A DNA stretch of 64,000 nucleotides from an uncultured Planctomycetales bacterium (GCA_964603585.1 CAZRVK010000001.1:133327-197326), one strand, 5' to 3'; positions 1-14,578 are shown, counted from the first letter of the stretch. The notes: generated by a model from the letters alone, not told the origin. Numbers and translations are program-made.

Positions 1-1128
1 TTTCCATGGCGATAGGAGTGATCAATTCAACTTCCAAAGCAACATTATCTCCGGGCATTACCATTTCAGAGCCTTCCGGAAGCTTGACCGAACCGGTCAC
101 GTCGGTCGTCCTGAAATAAAACTGGGGACGATATCCGGCAAAAAACGGTGTATGCCTTCCGCCTTCTTCTTTAGTCAATATATAGATCTGTGCTTTGAAT
201 TTGGTATGTGGATTGATAGACTTGGGTGCCGCAATAACCATACCACGCTCGATTGCGCTCTTATCGATACCTCTTAAAAGCAGGCCCACGTTATCTCCGG
301 CCTGGCCTTCATCCAGCATCTTTCTGAACATTTCGATCCCGGTAACTACCGACTTCTTTACTTCCGGACGTAAACCAATGATCTCTACTTCTTCATTGAT
401 CTTTACCTTGCCTCGTTCGATCCTACCGGTTCCGACTGTACCTCTACCTTCGATGGTAAATACATCCTCGACTGCCATCAGTAAAGGCTTATCGAGTTCA
501 CGGGTAGGTAAAGGAATGAATTCATCGCAGGCCTTCATTAATTCCAGCATCGGCTTTGCATCTTCGCTGTTCGGATCCTGGGTCTGTAATGCCTTTAAGG
601 CGCTGCCTTTAACGATCGGGGTCTTATCTCCAGGGAAACCGTATTTGGTTAAAAGATCCCTTACCTCCATCTCAACCAGATCGATCAGCTCTTTATCCTG
701 GACGATATCCACCTTATTCAAAAATACCACCATCGAAGGCACGTTAACCTGGCGGGCCAATAGAATATGCTCCCGGGTTTGAGGCATGGGGCCATCAACC
801 GCAGAAACGACTAAGATCGCACCGTCCATCTGTGCGGCACCGGTGATCATGTTTTTTATATAATCCGCGTGGCCTGGGCAATCTATATGTGCATAATGAC
901 GGCTATCTGTCTCATATTCGACGTGCGCGACAGAAATAGTCACGACTTTTGTTTCATCTCTTACCGTACCACCTTTAGCGATATCGGCATACTGCCTTTC
1001 GGTCGCTTTTCCCATCTTTGCCAATACATGAGTAATCGCCGCGGTAAGCGTTGTCTTACCATGATCGATGTGGCCGATAGTCCCGATATTAACGTGTGGT
1101 TTTGACCTTACAAACTTTTCTTTAGCCA
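1..1128 (-). CDS. tuf: Elongation factor Tu, C-terminally truncated by the window edge. N-terminus reads [32 protein letters not shown] on the reverse strand.
   Basis: Reverse-complement translation from 1128 gives the canonical EF-Tu N-terminus and G1 motif GHIDHGKTT. The supplied + ORF 195..782 is the antisense frame. Confidence 0.9.
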
Positions 1129-1172
1129 TTATTCCACCTCCATATTGAATAAAATGTTTATTCCAATTAAAA

Positions 1173-3266
1173 TCATTTTCTACTCCCTGCCGATGTAAAA
1201 CCAGCAATAATTTTATCCGCTATATGCGAAGGCACCTCCGCGTAATAAGAGGGCTCCATTGTATAGGAAGCACGTCCTTGTGTTAAAGAGCGCATTACTG
1301 TCGCATAATTAAAAATCTCCGCCAGTGGCACAAATACGCGCACGGCGCGGGCTGTACCGCGGGAATTGATCGCATTTATTTTTGCCCGGCGCGAGCTTAA
1401 ATCCCCGATTATCGCTCCCATAAATTCTTCCGGGGTTAAAACCTCCATATCCATGATCGGCTCTAAAAGGATAGGGCTTCCTTTCTTAAGGCCGTCGGAG
1501 ATAGCAATGCCGGCAGCCATCTTGAATGCCAGTTCCGAAGAATCCACATCATGAAAAGAACCATCGACAAGGGTAACCTTGATATCGGTTACAGGGTAGC
1601 CGGCAATTACACCGGTCTTTGCGGTATCAAAAACCCCCTGCTTTACCGCCGGGATAAATTCCTGCGGGATCGCGCCGCCCTTTATCTTATTTTCGAAAGT
1701 GACACCTAACCCGGGAGTCTCCTGGGGCTCAATTTCTAATACGCAATGCCCGTATTGGCCGCGTCCACCACTCTGTTGCACGAATTTACCGGAGGAATTG
1801 ACCTTTTTAGTGATCGTTTCCCGGTAGGCAACTTGAGGAAAACCAACCTGGACCGCGCAATTGAATTCACGCAACAGCCGGTCAGTAATGATCTCCAGAT
1901 GCAGCTGGCCCATCCCGGCAATAAGGGTCTGTCCGGTTTCCTGATTATAAGTGATCCGAAAAGATGGATCTTCATCCGCTAATTTATGCAGTGCCAAGCC
2001 AAGCTTTTCCTGGTCATCTTTAGTTGAGGTCTCGATTGCCTGCTGAATAACCGGTTCCGGAAAACGCATCGCCTCCAAAAGGATCTGATTGTTCTCGGTG
2101 CACAGGGTATCCCCAGTCTTGGTCTCCTTTAATCCGACGGCGGCCACAATATCCCCGGTACAAACACTGTCAATGATCTCCTGGCGGTTGGCGTGCATGC
2201 GCACCAATTTTGTTACACGTTCACGTGTCCTTTTAGTAACATTATAAATATAAGTCCCTGGGTTCAATGTCCCGGAATAAACACGTATATAATTTAGTTT
2301 TCCGACATAAGGGTCCGTGGCCACTTTAAAGCTTAAAGCACAAAACGGCGCTTCATCGGAAGTTTTGATCTCTTCGAACTCACCGGTTTTAGGATTACTA
2401 CCCTTGACCGGAGGCAGATCTACCGGAGAAGGCAGGTAGTCGCAAACCGCATCCAGCACGAACTGAATGCCTTTATTCTTGAACGAAGAACCGCATAATA
2501 CCGGAACAAACTTATTTGTGATTACTCCCTTGCGGATCGCACTCCTTATCTCTGGGACCGTAGGTTCGATCCCGGCGAGAAATTTCTCCAGGATCATGTC
2601 ATCGGCCTCCGCAAGTTTCTCGATCATAGCGTTACGCTGTTTTTCAACCTCTTCGACGATATCGGCAGGGACAGCCAATACATCGAATTCCTTGCCTAAA
2701 TCATCCTTATATAAATTGAGTTTTCTTTCCACCAGGTCCACGATCCCTTTAAACTTATCTTCATAACCATAAGGCATCTGGATCGCAGCAGCCGGGGCGC
2801 CTAATTTCTCATGCATTTCTTTAACCACTTCAAAGAATTTAGCGCCTGTCCGGTCAAGCTTATTGATATAGGCAACACGAGGAACTCCATACCGGTCAGC
2901 CTGGCGCCAGACGGTTTCTGACTGCGGCTCAACCCCTCCTACACTGCAGAAAACCACGACCGCCCCATCAAGCACTTTAAGCGAACGCTCTACCTCAACC
3001 GTAAAATCCACGTGCCCGGGGGTATCGATAATATTAATACTGCAATCCCTCCACTGGCAGGTAGTTGCCGCCGCGGTAATCGTGATACCGCGCTCCTGCT
3101 CTTGAGGCATCCAATCCATGACAGCAGCACCATCATGGACTTCCCCGATCTTATAAGATTTCCCGGAATAGAAAAGAATCCGCTCGGTAGTAGTAGTCTT
3201 ACCGGCATCAATATGCGCGATGATCCCGATATTCCTGATTTTTTCGATCCCTGTTTTTCTTGCCAT
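1173..3266 (-). CDS. fusA: Elongation factor G
   Basis: 697 aa with [15 protein letters not shown] GTPase motifs. Sits directly upstream of tuf as in the str operon. Confidence 0.95.
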   Translation of the reverse strand: MARKTGIEKIRNIGIIAHIDAGKTTTTERILFYSGKSYKIGEVHDGAAVMDWMPQEQERGITITAAATTCQWRDCSINIIDTPGHVDFTVEVERSLKVLDGAVVVFCSVGGVEPQSETVWRQADRYGVPRVAYINKLDRTGAKFFEVVKEMHEKLGAPAAAIQMPYGYEDKFKGIVDLVERKLNLYKDDLGKEFDVLAVPADIVEEVEKQRNAMIEKLAEADDMILEKFLAGIEPTVPEIRSAIRKGVITNKFVPVLCGSSFKNKGIQFVLDAVCDYLPSPVDLPPVKGSNPKTGEFEEIKTSDEAPFCALSFKVATDPYVGKLNYIRVYSGTLNPGTYIYNVTKRTRERVTKLVRMHANRQEIIDSVCTGDIVAAVGLKETKTGDTLCTENNQILLEAMRFPEPVIQQAIETSTKDDQEKLGLALHKLADEDPSFRITYNQETGQTLIAGMGQLHLEIITDRLLREFNCAVQVGFPQVAYRETITKKVNSSGKFVQQSGGRGQYGHCVLEIEPQETPGLGVTFENKIKGGAIPQEFIPAVKQGVFDTAKTGVIAGYPVTDIKVTLVDGSFHDVDSSELAFKMAAGIAISDGLKKGSPILLEPIMDMEVLTPEEFMGAIIGDLSSRRAKINAINSRGTARAVRVFVPLAEIFNYATVMRSLTQGRASYTMEPSYYAEVPSHIADKIIAGFTSAGSRK

Positions 3267-3368
3267 ATTTATATATATCTGTTGATTACTGCTATTATTT
3301 TATCTGATGGACAATAGACAGTAAAGTATACACTAAAAATTAATTTTGTCCAGTAATATTTTATTTTT

Positions 3369-3839
3369 TTACCAACGGAAGTGCGCAAAGGCTTTGTTTG
3401 ACTCAGCCATTTTGTGTGTATCGTCGCGTTTCTTGATTGCGGAACCTTCCCCTTTATACGCGGCAATTATTTCATCGGCGAGCTTTGCTTCCATAGACTT
3501 GCCTTTTTTCGTTTTCGCAAAATCCCTGATCCAACGCAGAGCAATAGATGTACCCCGGTCCTGCCTTACTTCGATCGGAACCTGATAAGTCGCGCCACCC
3601 ACCCGGCGAGGTTTTACCTCAAGCCGCGGACGTGCATTATCAATCGCTTTGTAAAAAACCTTCAGGACATCAGCCTCATTAAGTTGTGTTTTAACGGTTT
3701 CGAATGCGGAATAAACTATTTTTTCTGCAACCGCCTTTTTCCCGCAAAGCATTACCATATTAATGAACCTTCCGACAACCTTAGAGTTGAATTTTGGGTC
3801 TTCCGAAACTTCCTTGGTTTGCGCTTTTCTTCTTCTCAT
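3369..3839 (-). CDS. rpsG: 30S ribosomal protein S7
   Basis: 156 aa with the S7 signature. Position rpsL-rpsG-fusA. Confidence 0.95.
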   Translation of the reverse strand: MRRRKAQTKEVSEDPKFNSKVVGRFINMVMLCGKKAVAEKIVYSAFETVKTQLNEADVLKVFYKAIDNARPRLEVKPRRVGGATYQVPIEVRQDRGTSIALRWIRDFAKTKKGKSMEAKLADEIIAAYKGEGSAIKKRDDTHKMAESNKAFAHFRW

Positions 3840-3930
3840 TTTTCTTCCTGTTTTTTTGTTAAATTAAAAATATCAACGGGTACTTTTTTGTATTTCCTGA
3901 TCCCTACTTAGATACCTTGCCTCTATTACC

Positions 3931-4308
3931 TTACGCCGCTTTCGGCATTTTTGCCCCGTATTTCGAGCGGGACTTCCGGCGGTTACTAACTCCAGAGGCA
4001 TCTAAAGTGCCTCTTACAATATGATAGCGCACACCCGGCAGATCTTTTACACGCCCGCCCCTGACCAGTACGATCGAATGTTCCTGGAGATTATGCCCTT
4101 CACCCGGGATATAAGAAGTAACTTCGATCCCGGTGGTCAAGCGGACCCTGGCGATCTTGCGCAGTGCTGAATTAGGCTTCTTCGGCGTCATCGTACGCAC
4201 CTGTAAACATACTCCCCGTCGCTGCGGGCAGGCTTTTAAAGCCGGGGATTTTGTCTTTTTGTTCTTTGATATCCTGCCGTGCCTGATTAACTGTGAGATT
4301 GTTGGCAT
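3931..4308 (-). CDS. rpsL: 30S ribosomal protein S12
   Basis: 125 aa, [12 protein letters not shown]...[10 protein letters not shown]. Classic S12. Confidence 0.95.
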   Translation of the reverse strand: MPTISQLIRHGRISKNKKTKSPALKACPQRRGVCLQVRTMTPKKPNSALRKIARVRLTTGIEVTSYIPGEGHNLQEHSIVLVRGGRVKDLPGVRYHIVRGTLDASGVSNRRKSRSKYGAKMPKAA

Positions 4309-4363
4309 TTTTCTCCTACTCCATTTACGATTAATTAACTATTTCTTAAAAATGCTTACTGTC

Positions 4364-7300
4364 CTATTCCTTCGCTGCAGATTCAATCTGTTCATGTTGT
4401 TCTTCTTTTCTGGCTAAATTAGCTTTAGCGATCTCTATATCCCGATGGCTCTTAAAACCGGTACCCGAAGGAATAAGATGCCCGACTATCACGTTCTCTT
4501 TTAAGCCGAACAGTTCATCTTTTTTACCGGATGCCGCCGCATCGGTCAAGACCCGGGTGGTTTCCTGGAAACTTGCCGCAGAAATAAAGCTTTCCGTGGT
4601 AAGGGATGCCTTTGTAATACCCAGAAGCAGTGGTGTCGCCAAGGCAGGTTTTCCGCCTTTTTTAAGCACCCGCGCATTTTCTTTCTGGAACTCCCACTTA
4701 TCGACCTGCTGTGTCTCTAAGAAATCCGTATCGCCCGGATCCTCAATCCTGATCTTCTTTAACATCTGGCGGATAATAAGCTCAATATGTTTATCGTTTA
4801 TATGCACACCCTGCAGACGGTAAACTTCCTGGACCTCATTGACCAGATACTCCTGCAGGACTTTATCCCCGCTCACTTTAAGTATATCCTGCAAAACTAC
4901 CGGACCGTCAGTCAATTGCTGTCCGGCAATCACTTTATCACCCTTATATACATTAGGATGCTTGCCATGGGGAATGACATATTCCCGGCTCATTCCGGTA
5001 GAAGACCTGACAACGATCAAACGCTGACCTTTTTTAGTCTCGCTAAACTCCACAAAACCGTCGATTTCGCTGATTACTGCCGGGTCTTTCGGTCGGCGCG
5101 CCTCAAACAACTCGGCGACGCGCGGCAGACCTCCGGTAATATCCCTGGTCTTTACTACCATTCGGGGGATCTTTGCCAGCATATCACCGGCCTCGATATT
5201 TTGGGAATCTTTTACCAGGATATGCGCCCCGATCGGTATAGGATATATCCCCATGACCTCTTCCTTGTCATTAAGGATAACGATCTGCGGCTGAAATTCC
5301 TGTTTATGCTCTACCACCACACGTTCAACGAGTTTTGTAACGACATTCAACTCCTCACGGACAGTAACATCTTCTTTTAGGTCCTCGAACTTGATCCTTC
5401 CGCCTACTTCGGTAAGGACCGGCAAGGTGTACGGATCCCAATGCACAAACAATACCCCTTTACTGATTTCAGCACCATCGGCAAAACTTATATAGGCGCC
5501 TTGCGGCACAGTATAACGCTCGAGTTCACGGCCCTGTTTATCGCTTACGGTAACCGAGCCGTTACGGTTAAGCACAATGAATTCCTTGTTTTTGGCAGTT
5601 ACCCTTAGGTTGTGATACTTGATAAACCCTTTATTTTTTGCTTTAACAAATGAAGTAGCCACAATACGGGAGGCAGTACCTCCGATATGGAAGGTCCTCA
5701 TTGTCAGCTGGGTCCCTGGTTCTCCGATCGACTGCGCCGCGATAACACCAACGGCCTCGCCAACCTCAACCAGCCTGCCTGTGGCAAGGTTACGGCCATA
5801 ACATTTTGTACAAACACCCCGGCCTGACTCGCAGGTCAAAACACTGCGGATACGGATCTTTTCAATCCCCAATTTTTCGATCATATCGGCTTTTTCTTCA
5901 GTGATGATCTCGCCTTGTGCTACAATCACGGTATCGGTAATAATATCCACAACGTTATCCAGGACTACGCGCCCGACAATACGGTCTTTAAGGCTGACCA
6001 CAACTTCATCACCTTCAATAATCGCCGATACGGTAATCCCGTTAAGCGTCCCGCAGTCATCTACGCTGGTTATGACCTCTTGAGCCACATCAACCAGGCG
6101 GCGGGTCAGATAACCTGCATCCGCGGTCTTTAACGCGGTATCAGCAAGGCCTTTTCTTGCGCCATGAGTGGAAATAAAATATTCCAAAACGGTCAGCCCT
6201 TCACGGAAATTAGCGGTAATCGGGTTCTCGATGATCTCACCGGAAGGCTTTGCCATCAGTCCGCGCATACCAGCAAGCTGGCGTACCTGCAGGCGCGAAC
6301 CACGAGCGCCGGAATCCGCCATCATGAATATCGGGTTAAACGGCTCCATCCCTTTAAATAAAAGATCCGAGATCTTATCGGTAGTATGTGTCCAGATATC
6401 GATAACCTTACTCTTGCGTTCGCTGTCGGTAATAATACCTTTGCGGTATTGATCCTCGACTCGAGCAACCTCATCCTTTGATTCCTTTAAAACATCCACC
6501 TTGGCCTGGGGCACCTTCAAATCATCGATGCCGATAGAGATACCGCCGAGCGTGGCAAACTTAAAACCCAACTGTTTAATATCATCCAAAAGCTGGATCG
6601 TCCGGGAATGGCCGAATCGTTTATAACATTGTGCCACGATTTCGCCGACCTTGCCTTTATTGAGCTCTTTATTTACAAAACCAAACTCTACAGGCAAAAC
6701 CCCGTTAAAAATAACCCGTCCGGGAGTAGTTAAGATTATCTGCCTGTCATTAACAATCTTCTTCTCATCAAAATCATAAAGGTTAGTAACCCTTAATTTG
6801 ATCCGCGCATGCAGGTCAATAACCTTATCATCATAAGCGACGATTACCTCATCGACATTGGAGAATATCTTATCCTCTCCTTTTGCGCCGGCCTTTTCCT
6901 TGGTTAAATATGATGCGCCGAGGATGATATCCTGCGTGGGGCTGATAATCGGCCGGCCGTCTGCCGGAGAAAAAACATTATTGATCGAAAGCATCAGGAT
7001 CTTTGCTTCTGTCTGCGATTCCAAAGAAAGCGGTACATGCACCGCCATCTGATCGCCGTCGAAATCCGCGTTAAAAGCGGTACAAACCAGCGGATGGATC
7101 TTGATCGATTTGCCTTCGATCAAAACCGGCTGGAATGCCTGAATGCCCAACCGATGCAAGGTCGGCGCACGGTTTAAAAGTACCGGGTGATCTTTGATCA
7201 CTTCGTCAAGGATATCCCATACCTCGATCTTGCCGCGTTCAACCATGCGGCGCGCGCCCTTGATAGTATGCACAAAACCTTTTTCCTTGAGTTTCTTTAT

Positions 7301-8413
7301 GATAAACGGCTCGAAAAGCTCCAGGGCCATTTGTTTAGGAAGCCCGCATTCATGAAGCTTGAGTTCAGGCCCTACAACAATTACCGAACGGCCGGAATAA
7401 TCTACGCGCTTACCTAAAAGATTCTGACGGAACCTGCCCTGTTTGCCTTTAAGCATATCGGACAAGGATTTTAAAGGCCGGTTATTAGCTCCCATAACAG
7501 CCCGACCATGCCGGCCGTTATCCAAAAGCGCATCTACAGCCTCCTGAAGCATGCGTTTTTCATTACGGATAATGATCTCCGGGGCATTTAACTCCATAAG
7601 TTTCTTTAACCGGTTATTCCGGTTAATTACCCTGCGGTATAAATCGTTTAAATCAGAGGTAGCAAACCTGCCGCCGTCAAGCGGGACTAACGGCCTTAGA
7701 TCCGGAGGAATAACCGGCAGGACATCCAGAATCATCCATTCCGGGCGGTTCCCGGACTTCTTGAAATCCTCGACGATCTTTAGATATTTAAGCGCCTTGC
7801 GGTTGGCAATCGCTTCTTTTGATTTTTCGTTCCCCCGGCGTAAAGATGCGCAATACTTGTCAAGGTCAAGCTCTTTTAACAAGTCATATATCGCTTCCGC
7901 CCCGATCTTTGCCTTGAAGGTAGCGCCATATTTAGCCAAGGCCTCCTGATATTTCTCCTCGGGCATCAACTCTTTTTTCTTTAATGGCGATGTCCCCGGG
8001 TCAACAACTATATATTCCTCGTAATAAATGATTTTTTCCAGATCACGCAAGCCAACATCCAAAAGAGCCGAAAGGCGTGAGGGAACCGCCTTAAAAAACC
8101 AGATATGGGTAACCGGGGCCGCCAGGTCAATATGCCCCATGCGCTGCCTTCTGACTTTGGCCTGATCGACAGTTACACCGCACCGGTCGCAGGTGATCCC
8201 GCGGAATTTCTTTCCTTTATATTTACCGCAGTTACATTCATCCTCGCGGACCGGGCCAAAGATCTTTTCGCAGAACAAGCCGTCTTTTTCCGGTTTAAGC
8301 GTCCGGTAATTGATCGTTTCGGCCTTTTTGACTTCGCCTTTTGACCAGGAACGAATAATCTGCGACGAGGCAATTTTAATAGAGATCTGATCAAAGGAGT
8401 TGATTTCGTCCAT
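4364..8413 (-). CDS. rpoC: DNA-directed RNA polymerase subunit beta'
   Basis: 1349 aa with the NADFDGD catalytic motif and zinc-binding Cys motifs near the N-terminus. Confidence 0.97.
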   Translation of the reverse strand: MDEINSFDQISIKIASSQIIRSWSKGEVKKAETINYRTLKPEKDGLFCEKIFGPVREDECNCGKYKGKKFRGITCDRCGVTVDQAKVRRQRMGHIDLAAPVTHIWFFKAVPSRLSALLDVGLRDLEKIIYYEEYIVVDPGTSPLKKKELMPEEKYQEALAKYGATFKAKIGAEAIYDLLKELDLDKYCASLRRGNEKSKEAIANRKALKYLKIVEDFKKSGNRPEWMILDVLPVIPPDLRPLVPLDGGRFATSDLNDLYRRVINRNNRLKKLMELNAPEIIIRNEKRMLQEAVDALLDNGRHGRAVMGANNRPLKSLSDMLKGKQGRFRQNLLGKRVDYSGRSVIVVGPELKLHECGLPKQMALELFEPFIIKKLKEKGFVHTIKGARRMVERGKIEVWDILDEVIKDHPVLLNRAPTLHRLGIQAFQPVLIEGKSIKIHPLVCTAFNADFDGDQMAVHVPLSLESQTEAKILMLSINNVFSPADGRPIISPTQDIILGASYLTKEKAGAKGEDKIFSNVDEVIVAYDDKVIDLHARIKLRVTNLYDFDEKKIVNDRQIILTTPGRVIFNGVLPVEFGFVNKELNKGKVGEIVAQCYKRFGHSRTIQLLDDIKQLGFKFATLGGISIGIDDLKVPQAKVDVLKESKDEVARVEDQYRKGIITDSERKSKVIDIWTHTTDKISDLLFKGMEPFNPIFMMADSGARGSRLQVRQLAGMRGLMAKPSGEIIENPITANFREGLTVLEYFISTHGARKGLADTALKTADAGYLTRRLVDVAQEVITSVDDCGTLNGITVSAIIEGDEVVVSLKDRIVGRVVLDNVVDIITDTVIVAQGEIITEEKADMIEKLGIEKIRIRSVLTCESGRGVCTKCYGRNLATGRLVEVGEAVGVIAAQSIGEPGTQLTMRTFHIGGTASRIVATSFVKAKNKGFIKYHNLRVTAKNKEFIVLNRNGSVTVSDKQGRELERYTVPQGAYISFADGAEISKGVLFVHWDPYTLPVLTEVGGRIKFEDLKEDVTVREELNVVTKLVERVVVEHKQEFQPQIVILNDKEEVMGIYPIPIGAHILVKDSQNIEAGDMLAKIPRMVVKTRDITGGLPRVAELFEARRPKDPAVISEIDGFVEFSETKKGQRLIVVRSSTGMSREYVIPHGKHPNVYKGDKVIAGQQLTDGPVVLQDILKVSGDKVLQEYLVNEVQEVYRLQGVHINDKHIELIIRQMLKKIRIEDPGDTDFLETQQVDKWEFQKENARVLKKGGKPALATPLLLGITKASLTTESFISAASFQETTRVLTDAAASGKKDELFGLKENVIVGHLIPSGTGFKSHRDIEIAKANLARKEEQHEQIESAAKE

Positions 8414-11400
8414 TAGTTCTCCTTTTCTGTTCTAATATCTAAACACAGTCCCTGAAGCTCCTTGATCAAAACGTTAAAGGATTCGGGGGTTCCGTGCGTT
8501 AAGCGCTGTTCACCTTTGACAATCGCTTCATAAATACGGGTCCTGCCCGAGACATCATCGCTCTTTACCGTCAGCATTTCCTGCAAGGTAAATGCCGCAC
8601 CATATGCCTCAAGCGCCCAAACTTCCATTTCTCCAAGCCGTTGCCCACCAAACTGCGCCTTGCCGCCCAAAGGCTGCTGCGTAACCAGAGAATACGGCCC
8701 AATACTGCGGGCATGGATCTTCTCATCAACCAAATGGATCAGCTTCATGATATAGATATATCCAACAGTAACCTTTTGGTCAAAAGGCTCTCCGGTATAT
8801 CCGTCATAGAGCGTGATCTTGCCATCCTCGGGTAATCCGGCTTTTTTAAGCATCTCTTTTACTTCTGCTTCGCTGGCGCCGTCAAAAACAGGTGTATCCA
8901 TAGATACACCCAAAACCTTTGCCGCCCAGCCAAGATGGGTTTCCAGGATCTGTCCAACGTTCATACGTGAAGGAACACCCAAAGGATTTAATACAATATC
9001 CACAGGGGTCCCATCCGGCATAAAAGGCATATCCTGTTCTGGAACGATCCTTGCCACAACACCTTTATTACCGTGGCGTCCTGCCAGTTTGTCGCCTTCG
9101 GCGACTTTACGCTTCGTGGCGATATAAACCACCACCCTTTTTAAAACTCCTGGAGGAAGCTCATCTCCGCGTTTTACCTTCTCAATCTCCTGCAATTGTT
9201 CAGCTAAAAGCTCATGGATCTGTTCTTCAAAAGAAGCAGCCAGGATCTTTGCCTCTTCATTATCACTGAAATTGATCTTTTCGAGTTTGCGCTTATCCAC
9301 ACCAAGCAGCTGACTCAATTTAACGACTTTTTCCGTCTCCAAAAATTCCAGCTCCTGCTTATAATAAGCCTTGAGCTCTTTTACTTTTGCCAGTTCATTG
9401 GTCTTTTCCTCTTTGGATTTTCTGCCGCGGTCTTTACGCTGAAAAATATGCACATCGACAACCACACCTTCAACCCCCGGAGGAACGATCAGCGAAGTGT
9501 CCCTGACATCCCCGGCCTTTTCGCCGAATATCGCTCTCAAAAGACGTTCTTCCGGAGAAAGCTCGGATTCAGTTTTAGGCGTAACTTTACCTACAAGGAT
9601 ATCGCCGGGAGACACCTCCGCCCCTAGGCGGACAATCCCTGTATCATCTAAGTTACGCAGTGATTCTTCACTGACATTGGGAATATCCCTGGTTATTTCT
9701 TCGTTGCCTAAACGGGTCTCCGTAGCCTCGATCTCAAACTCTTCGATATGTATCGAGGTCAAACCATCTTCCTTAACTACTTTCTCACTGACTACGATAG
9801 CGTCTTCAAAATTATACCCGCGCCAAGGCATAAAGGCACAAAGGATATTTCTTCCTAAAGCCAGCTCTCCATTACGCGTGCTGGTCCCATCGGCAATAAC
9901 CTGCCCTTTTTCCACCGACTCCCCGAGCCTTACCAATGGACGCTGGTTCAAGCATGTATCCGCATTAGTACGTAGGAATTTCTTTAAATGATAGATCCGT
10001 TTACCAACCGTGATCGAATTAACATCAACGCTGGTGACCTTTCCGGATTCTTCGGCAATAACTACCGTGCCGCTGTCTTTGGCGATCTTTAACTCCATTG
10101 CCGTGCCGACTAACGGAGCTTCCGGGATCATCAAAGGTACGGCCTGCCGTTGCATATTAGCCCCCATCAAAGCACGGTTAGCATCGTCATGTTCCAAGAA
10201 TGGGATTAACGATGCTGCAACCGAAACCAGCTGTTTAGGGGACACATCCATATACTGGATCTGTTTCCCGGGGACCTTTGGAAAATCACCTTTGAAACGG
10301 CAGGAAACTTCTTTTTCCAGAAAAGTACCGTCTGTATCCAGCGGAGCATTGGCTTGAGCTATGATCTTATCTTCCTCTAAATCAGCAGTCAAATACTCTA
10401 TCTTACGGGTAACCCTTCCATCCTCGACTTTACGGTAAGGGGTTTCCAATAAACCCAGACTGTTCACCCGGGCAAAACAACTAAGCGATGCGATCAAACC
10501 GATATTCGGGCCTTCCGGGGTCTCGATCGGGCAAACCCGGCCGTAGTGCGAAGAATGTATATCGCGCACTTCAAAACCGGCGCGTTCCCGGGATAAACCA
10601 CCTGGGCCTAAAGCGCTTAAACGGCGCTTATGTGTCATCTCCGCCAAAGGATTAACCTGATCCATGAACTGTGACAACTGGCTGCGCCCAAAAAAGTCCC
10701 GGATCTGATTGGAAAGCAATTTGGAATTTATCAAATAATGGACGCTTAAAGTATCCAGGTCCCCCATGATGCTCAATCTTTCGCGGATAGAACGCTCTAC
10801 CCTGGATAAACCGATGCGGATCTGGTTTTGTACCAGTTCCCCGACACTTTTGATCCGGCGGTTACCCAAGTGATCAATATCGTCGATCTTTCCTTCACCC
10901 GCTTTTAATTTTATCAGATATTCGATAACATTGATAACCGTAGCAGAGTCAAGGATCCTTTTTTCCAAAGAAACATCCATCCCCAGCTTACGATTCAAGA
11001 TAAACCTGCCGGCACGCTCTAAATCATACCTGGCAGGATCAAAAAACAAACGGTAAAATAAACCTTCGGCCGCTTCTTTGGTAACCGGCTCGGTAGGACG
11101 CATCTTGCGGTAAAAATCAAGATGTGCTTCTTCTTTATTATGGGTCGTATCCTTTTTTAAGGTATTGGAGATCTCCGGATACTGCTTGCTGAACGCAGAA
11201 TTGATCTCCTGATCAGTGGAAAATCCCAGAATCCTCAAGATCTGGGTTGCCGGGAAATTGCGTCTTCTATCGACATAGGCAATTATGGTTTCCGAAAGGT
11301 CATATTTGAATTCCAGCCATGCCCCGCGGTACGGAATAACACGGCCATAGAAGATCTTCTTTCCGGTCGGATGTAATTCTTCTTCGAAAGAAACTCCAGG

Positions 11401-11817
11401 TGAACGCTGCAACTGGCTTACCACTACACGCTCATCACCGTTAATGATAAACGTCCCGGTTTCCGTCATAAGGGGAACTTCGCCGAAATAGGCATCCTGC
11501 TCTTTGGTCTCATGCGGCGTGGTCAAGCGAAACTTAACCTTTAAAGGGGCAGCAAAAGATAACGCCCTTTTCTTGGATTCAGAGATGGTATATTTCGGCT
11601 TTCCCAGAGTATAATTCAAAAACTCTATTTTAACCGAGCGTTCATTATTCTCGATCGGGAATATCTCTTCAAAAACCTCCTGTAGCCCAATCCGCTTCCG
11701 CTCGTTAACCGGCACATCCATTTGCAGGAATTCCTTATACGATTCAAGCTGAACATCCAGCAAATGCGGCAGATCATATACTTCCTTGAGCTTTGCAAAA
11801 CTTTTACGTTTGATCAT
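8413..11817 (-). CDS. rpoB: DNA-directed RNA polymerase subunit beta
   Basis: 1134 aa with conserved beta-subunit blocks. One-nt overlap with rpoC. Confidence 0.97.
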   Translation of the reverse strand: MIKRKSFAKLKEVYDLPHLLDVQLESYKEFLQMDVPVNERKRIGLQEVFEEIFPIENNERSVKIEFLNYTLGKPKYTISESKKRALSFAAPLKVKFRLTTPHETKEQDAYFGEVPLMTETGTFIINGDERVVVSQLQRSPGVSFEEELHPTGKKIFYGRVIPYRGAWLEFKYDLSETIIAYVDRRRNFPATQILRILGFSTDQEINSAFSKQYPEISNTLKKDTTHNKEEAHLDFYRKMRPTEPVTKEAAEGLFYRLFFDPARYDLERAGRFILNRKLGMDVSLEKRILDSATVINVIEYLIKLKAGEGKIDDIDHLGNRRIKSVGELVQNQIRIGLSRVERSIRERLSIMGDLDTLSVHYLINSKLLSNQIRDFFGRSQLSQFMDQVNPLAEMTHKRRLSALGPGGLSRERAGFEVRDIHSSHYGRVCPIETPEGPNIGLIASLSCFARVNSLGLLETPYRKVEDGRVTRKIEYLTADLEEDKIIAQANAPLDTDGTFLEKEVSCRFKGDFPKVPGKQIQYMDVSPKQLVSVAASLIPFLEHDDANRALMGANMQRQAVPLMIPEAPLVGTAMELKIAKDSGTVVIAEESGKVTSVDVNSITVGKRIYHLKKFLRTNADTCLNQRPLVRLGESVEKGQVIADGTSTRNGELALGRNILCAFMPWRGYNFEDAIVVSEKVVKEDGLTSIHIEEFEIEATETRLGNEEITRDIPNVSEESLRNLDDTGIVRLGAEVSPGDILVGKVTPKTESELSPEERLLRAIFGEKAGDVRDTSLIVPPGVEGVVVDVHIFQRKDRGRKSKEEKTNELAKVKELKAYYKQELEFLETEKVVKLSQLLGVDKRKLEKINFSDNEEAKILAASFEEQIHELLAEQLQEIEKVKRGDELPPGVLKRVVVYIATKRKVAEGDKLAGRHGNKGVVARIVPEQDMPFMPDGTPVDIVLNPLGVPSRMNVGQILETHLGWAAKVLGVSMDTPVFDGASEAEVKEMLKKAGLPEDGKITLYDGYTGEPFDQKVTVGYIYIMKLIHLVDEKIHARSIGPYSLVTQQPLGGKAQFGGQRLGEMEVWALEAYGAAFTLQEMLTVKSDDVSGRTRIYEAIVKGEQRLTHGTPESFNVLIKELQGLCLDIRTEKEN

Positions 11818-11913
11818 ATCCTTCGCTTTCGCCCCATTTAGTAATCATGGATCCGTAAAAGGATTTTCTTATGACTGCTATAGCTTACGGACCAATAATT
11901 ACGAATTACAGAA

Positions 11914-12303
11914 TTATTTTAATTCTACCGTCGCACCAGCAGCTTCGAGTTTCTTTTTCATTTCTTCGGCTTCTTCTTTGGCGACACCTTCCTTAATCGG
12001 TTTAGGAGCAGCATCAACCAAGTCCTTGGCTTCTTTTAACCCAAGGTTAGTGATCGTTCTGACCTCTTTGATCACGGCGATCTTATTCGCGCCTGCACTG
12101 GCTAAAACCACGTTAAACGAACTCTTTTCTTCCGCAGCAGGTGCGGCCCCAGCAGCGGGAGCGCCGCCAGCCGGCATCGCCATCATCGGCATATTCGCCT
12201 TAACGTTAAATTTCTCCTCTAAAGCCTTCACCAGATCAGAGAGTTCAAGCACTGTCATCCCCTCGATCGTTTTAATCATTTCATCTAATTTTTCACTTGC
12301 CAT
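11914..12303 (-). CDS. rplL: 50S ribosomal protein L7/L12
   Basis: 129 aa with an Ala/Pro-rich hinge and a conserved C-terminal domain. Confidence 0.95.
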   Translation of the reverse strand: MASEKLDEMIKTIEGMTVLELSDLVKALEEKFNVKANMPMMAMPAGGAPAAGAAPAAEEKSSFNVVLASAGANKIAVIKEVRTITNLGLKEAKDLVDAAPKPIKEGVAKEEAEEMKKKLEAAGATVELK

Positions 12304-12326
12304 TTTAATCCTCCTCCTGAAATTGT

Positions 12327-12854
12327 CTAACCTGCTTTTTTTTGTTTAATTTGGTCCAAACAAACCACAAACTTCCCAATAACCTGGTTTAAAACCATTG
12401 CCAGATGTGCGATAGGTGCGTTCAAAGTGCACACCAACTGGGCTCGTAACACATCGCGGGAAGGAAGCTTGGACAAAACCTCGATATCGGACGCTTGTAA
12501 GATCCTATCATGTAAAGACCCGCCCTGTAGTTTCAAGGACTTATGCTCCTTGGCAAACTCGCATAATACCTTAGAAGTCTCAACCGGCTCGTCTTTAGCG
12601 AACACCAACCCACACGGACCTTCAACGTTATTTACCAGAAGATCTAAACCGGAATCCTTTAAAGCACGCCGTGCAACTGTATTCTTTACCACGAATAAGT
12701 CGGTTTTGGCACCCTTTAAGAGCCCCCTCAGGGAAGTTAAATCCGGGCTCGATAATCCAGAATAGTTTATGATAAATACGGTGTCGGAATTTCTTAGATT
12801 TTCCTTTATCCTGCTCTGTGAAATCTCTTTAATTATTACGCCTATTTTTTTCAT
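12327..12854 (-). CDS. rplJ: 50S ribosomal protein L10
   Basis: 175 aa in the L10 family. Its ATG overlaps the rplA stop (ATGA), so there is no separate L10 leader. Confidence 0.9.
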   Translation of the reverse strand: MKKIGVIIKEISQSRIKENLRNSDTVFIINYSGLSSPDLTSLRGLLKGAKTDLFVVKNTVARRALKDSGLDLLVNNVEGPCGLVFAKDEPVETSKVLCEFAKEHKSLKLQGGSLHDRILQASDIEVLSKLPSRDVLRAQLVCTLNAPIAHLAMVLNQVIGKFVVCLDQIKQKKAG

Positions 12855-13570
12855 ATTGCTAACCTCAACCCTGGGTTCATCGTAGCGGCAATGGAAAGTG
12901 TTTTCACAAACTTGCCTTTAACAGACGATGGTTTAGACTCGTTTACCGCGTCGATCACGCACAACGCGTTATCATATAATTTATCCTCTGAAAATGAAAT
13001 CTTACCTACGGAAAGATGCATCCCGCCCTGTTTATCCACGCGGAACTCCACTTTACCTTTTCTGATCTCCTCGATAGCCCGGGAGATATCTACCGTTACC
13101 GTGCCGGTCTTTGGACTGGGCATAAGCCCGCGGGGGCCTAAAACCTTGCCCAATTTACTTAGATCCTTCATCATTTCCGGGGTAGCAATCGCACAATCAA
13201 AATCGAGAAAACCGGCTGCCACCTTATCGATCAACTCGATCCCTCCGACATAATCGGCATTGGCGGCTTTCGCCAATTTTTCATGCTCACCCTTACAAAA
13301 AACCGCGACCCTTACCTTTTTACCGGTGCCATGCGGCAGGATAACCGTTCCACGCACCATTTGATCTGACTTTTTAGAATCCACATTCAGGTTAAAATGC
13401 AGATCAACCGAACTATCGAATTTTGGCGCGGCAAATTTCTTTAAAACAGCGATTGCATCCCTTAACGGATAGGTTTTGTTCTTATCTACGAATTTTACGG
13501 ATTCTTTGAGCCTTTTACTTTGTCTATGCATATTAAATATCTCTTTCTTGCTATCAACCTTCGATAGCAA
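12851..13570 (-). CDS. rplA: 50S ribosomal protein L1
   Basis: 239 aa in the L1 family. Confidence 0.95.
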   Translation of the reverse strand: MLSKVDSKKEIFNMHRQSKRLKESVKFVDKNKTYPLRDAIAVLKKFAAPKFDSSVDLHFNLNVDSKKSDQMVRGTVILPHGTGKKVRVAVFCKGEHEKLAKAANADYVGGIELIDKVAAGFLDFDCAIATPEMMKDLSKLGKVLGPRGLMPSPKTGTVTVDISRAIEEIRKGKVEFRVDKQGGMHLSVGKISFSEDKLYDNALCVIDAVNESKPSSVKGKFVKTLSIAATMNPGLRLAI

Positions 13571-13979
13571 TGCCCATACTGCGGGCTGTACCTTGAATGA
13601 TCTTTACCGCAGCATCCATATCTGCGGTATTGATATCCTTCATTTTAAGTTTAGCGATCTCCTCAACCTGCTTGCGCGTGACTTTACCAATAGTTTCCTT
13701 ACCGGCTATTCCGGAGGCCTTGGCTAAATTGGCCGCACGTTTCAAAAGGACCGAAGAGGGCGGGCTTTTGATAATAAAGGTAAAAGACCTGTCCTCAAAA
13801 ACACTGATCACCACCGGCAGTATCAATCCGTCCCTGCCTTTGGTCTGATCATTAAACTGCTTGCAGAACTGCATAATATTAACACCATGCTGGCCCAATG
13901 CCGGGCCTACTGGAGGAGCCGGATTTGCCTGGGCCGCCGGTACATGTAATTTAATTTGTGCCTTTATCGCTTTTGCCAT
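13554..13979 (-). CDS. rplK: 50S ribosomal protein L11. Start trimmed to the internal MAKAIKAQ rather than the longest ORF.
   Basis: L11 motif PPVGPALG. The longest ORF's N-terminal extension would overlap the nusG stop. Confidence 0.9.
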   Translation of the reverse strand: MAKAIKAQIKLHVPAAQANPAPPVGPALGQHGVNIMQFCKQFNDQTKGRDGLILPVVISVFEDRSFTFIIKSPPSSVLLKRAANLAKASGIAGKETIGKVTRKQVEEIAKLKMKDINTADMDAAVKIIQGTARSMGIAIEG

Positions 13980-13998
13980 GTCATCTTTCCTTCTATTA

Positions 13999-14526
13999 TT
14001 AAATTTTCTCAACCTGCCAGTATTCCAACTCTACCGGCGTTGACCTGCCAAAAATAGAAACGCTTACCTTCAACTTGCCTTTTTCAGGATGAATATCATC
14101 TATCGTCCCGCTAAAGTTCAAGAACGGCCCTTCGGTAACCCTGACCTGTTCACCTTTTTCAAAGACTATTTTCGGGCTTGGCTTAGATTGGGTATCCTGG
14201 GATTTTTTAAGTATGTTGTCGACTTCTGATTGAGGCAAGGGCATGGGTTTTTTTCCTAAACCGATAAAACCAGTAACTCCGGAAGTGGATTTGATCAAAA
14301 GATATGCCTCCTCGGTAAGATCCATTTCCACCAAAAGATAACCCGGGAAGAACTTCCTCTGAGAAATCCTTTTTTTCCCGGAACGGATCTCGGAGACCTG
14401 CTCCGTGGGAATAATGATCTTGGTAACCTGATCTGCCAGGTTATTTGAGGCAATACGTGTCTCCAATAACTGTTTTACCCTGTCCTCCAGCCCGGTCTGT
14501 GTATGAACAACGTACCAATTTTTCAA
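13999..14526 (-). CDS. nusG: Transcription termination/antitermination factor NusG
   Basis: 175 aa with an NGN domain and a KOW motif. Position secE-nusG-rplK. Confidence 0.9.
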   Translation of the reverse strand: MKNWYVVHTQTGLEDRVKQLLETRIASNNLADQVTKIIIPTEQVSEIRSGKKRISQRKFFPGYLLVEMDLTEEAYLLIKSTSGVTGFIGLGKKPMPLPQSEVDNILKKSQDTQSKPSPKIVFEKGEQVRVTEGPFLNFSGTIDDIHPEKGKLKVSVSIFGRSTPVELEYWQVEKI

Positions 14527-14578
14527 TGCACACCTTCCTGTAATTATCGACTTGCAGTCAGCCCCTGCCTATGGGGTT

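Noticed and set aside
195-782. Plus-strand 195-aa ORF at the window start
   Set aside because: It is the antisense frame of EF-Tu. The minus strand translates perfectly as tuf.
4557-12349. Numerous plus-strand ORFs of 60 to 197 aa overlapping rpoC, rpoB and rplL (e.g. 4787..5380, 9497..9991, 11786..12349)
   Set aside because: All are antisense to strongly conserved core genes. They have low-complexity Ser/Ala/Pro-rich translations and no independent start or RBS context.
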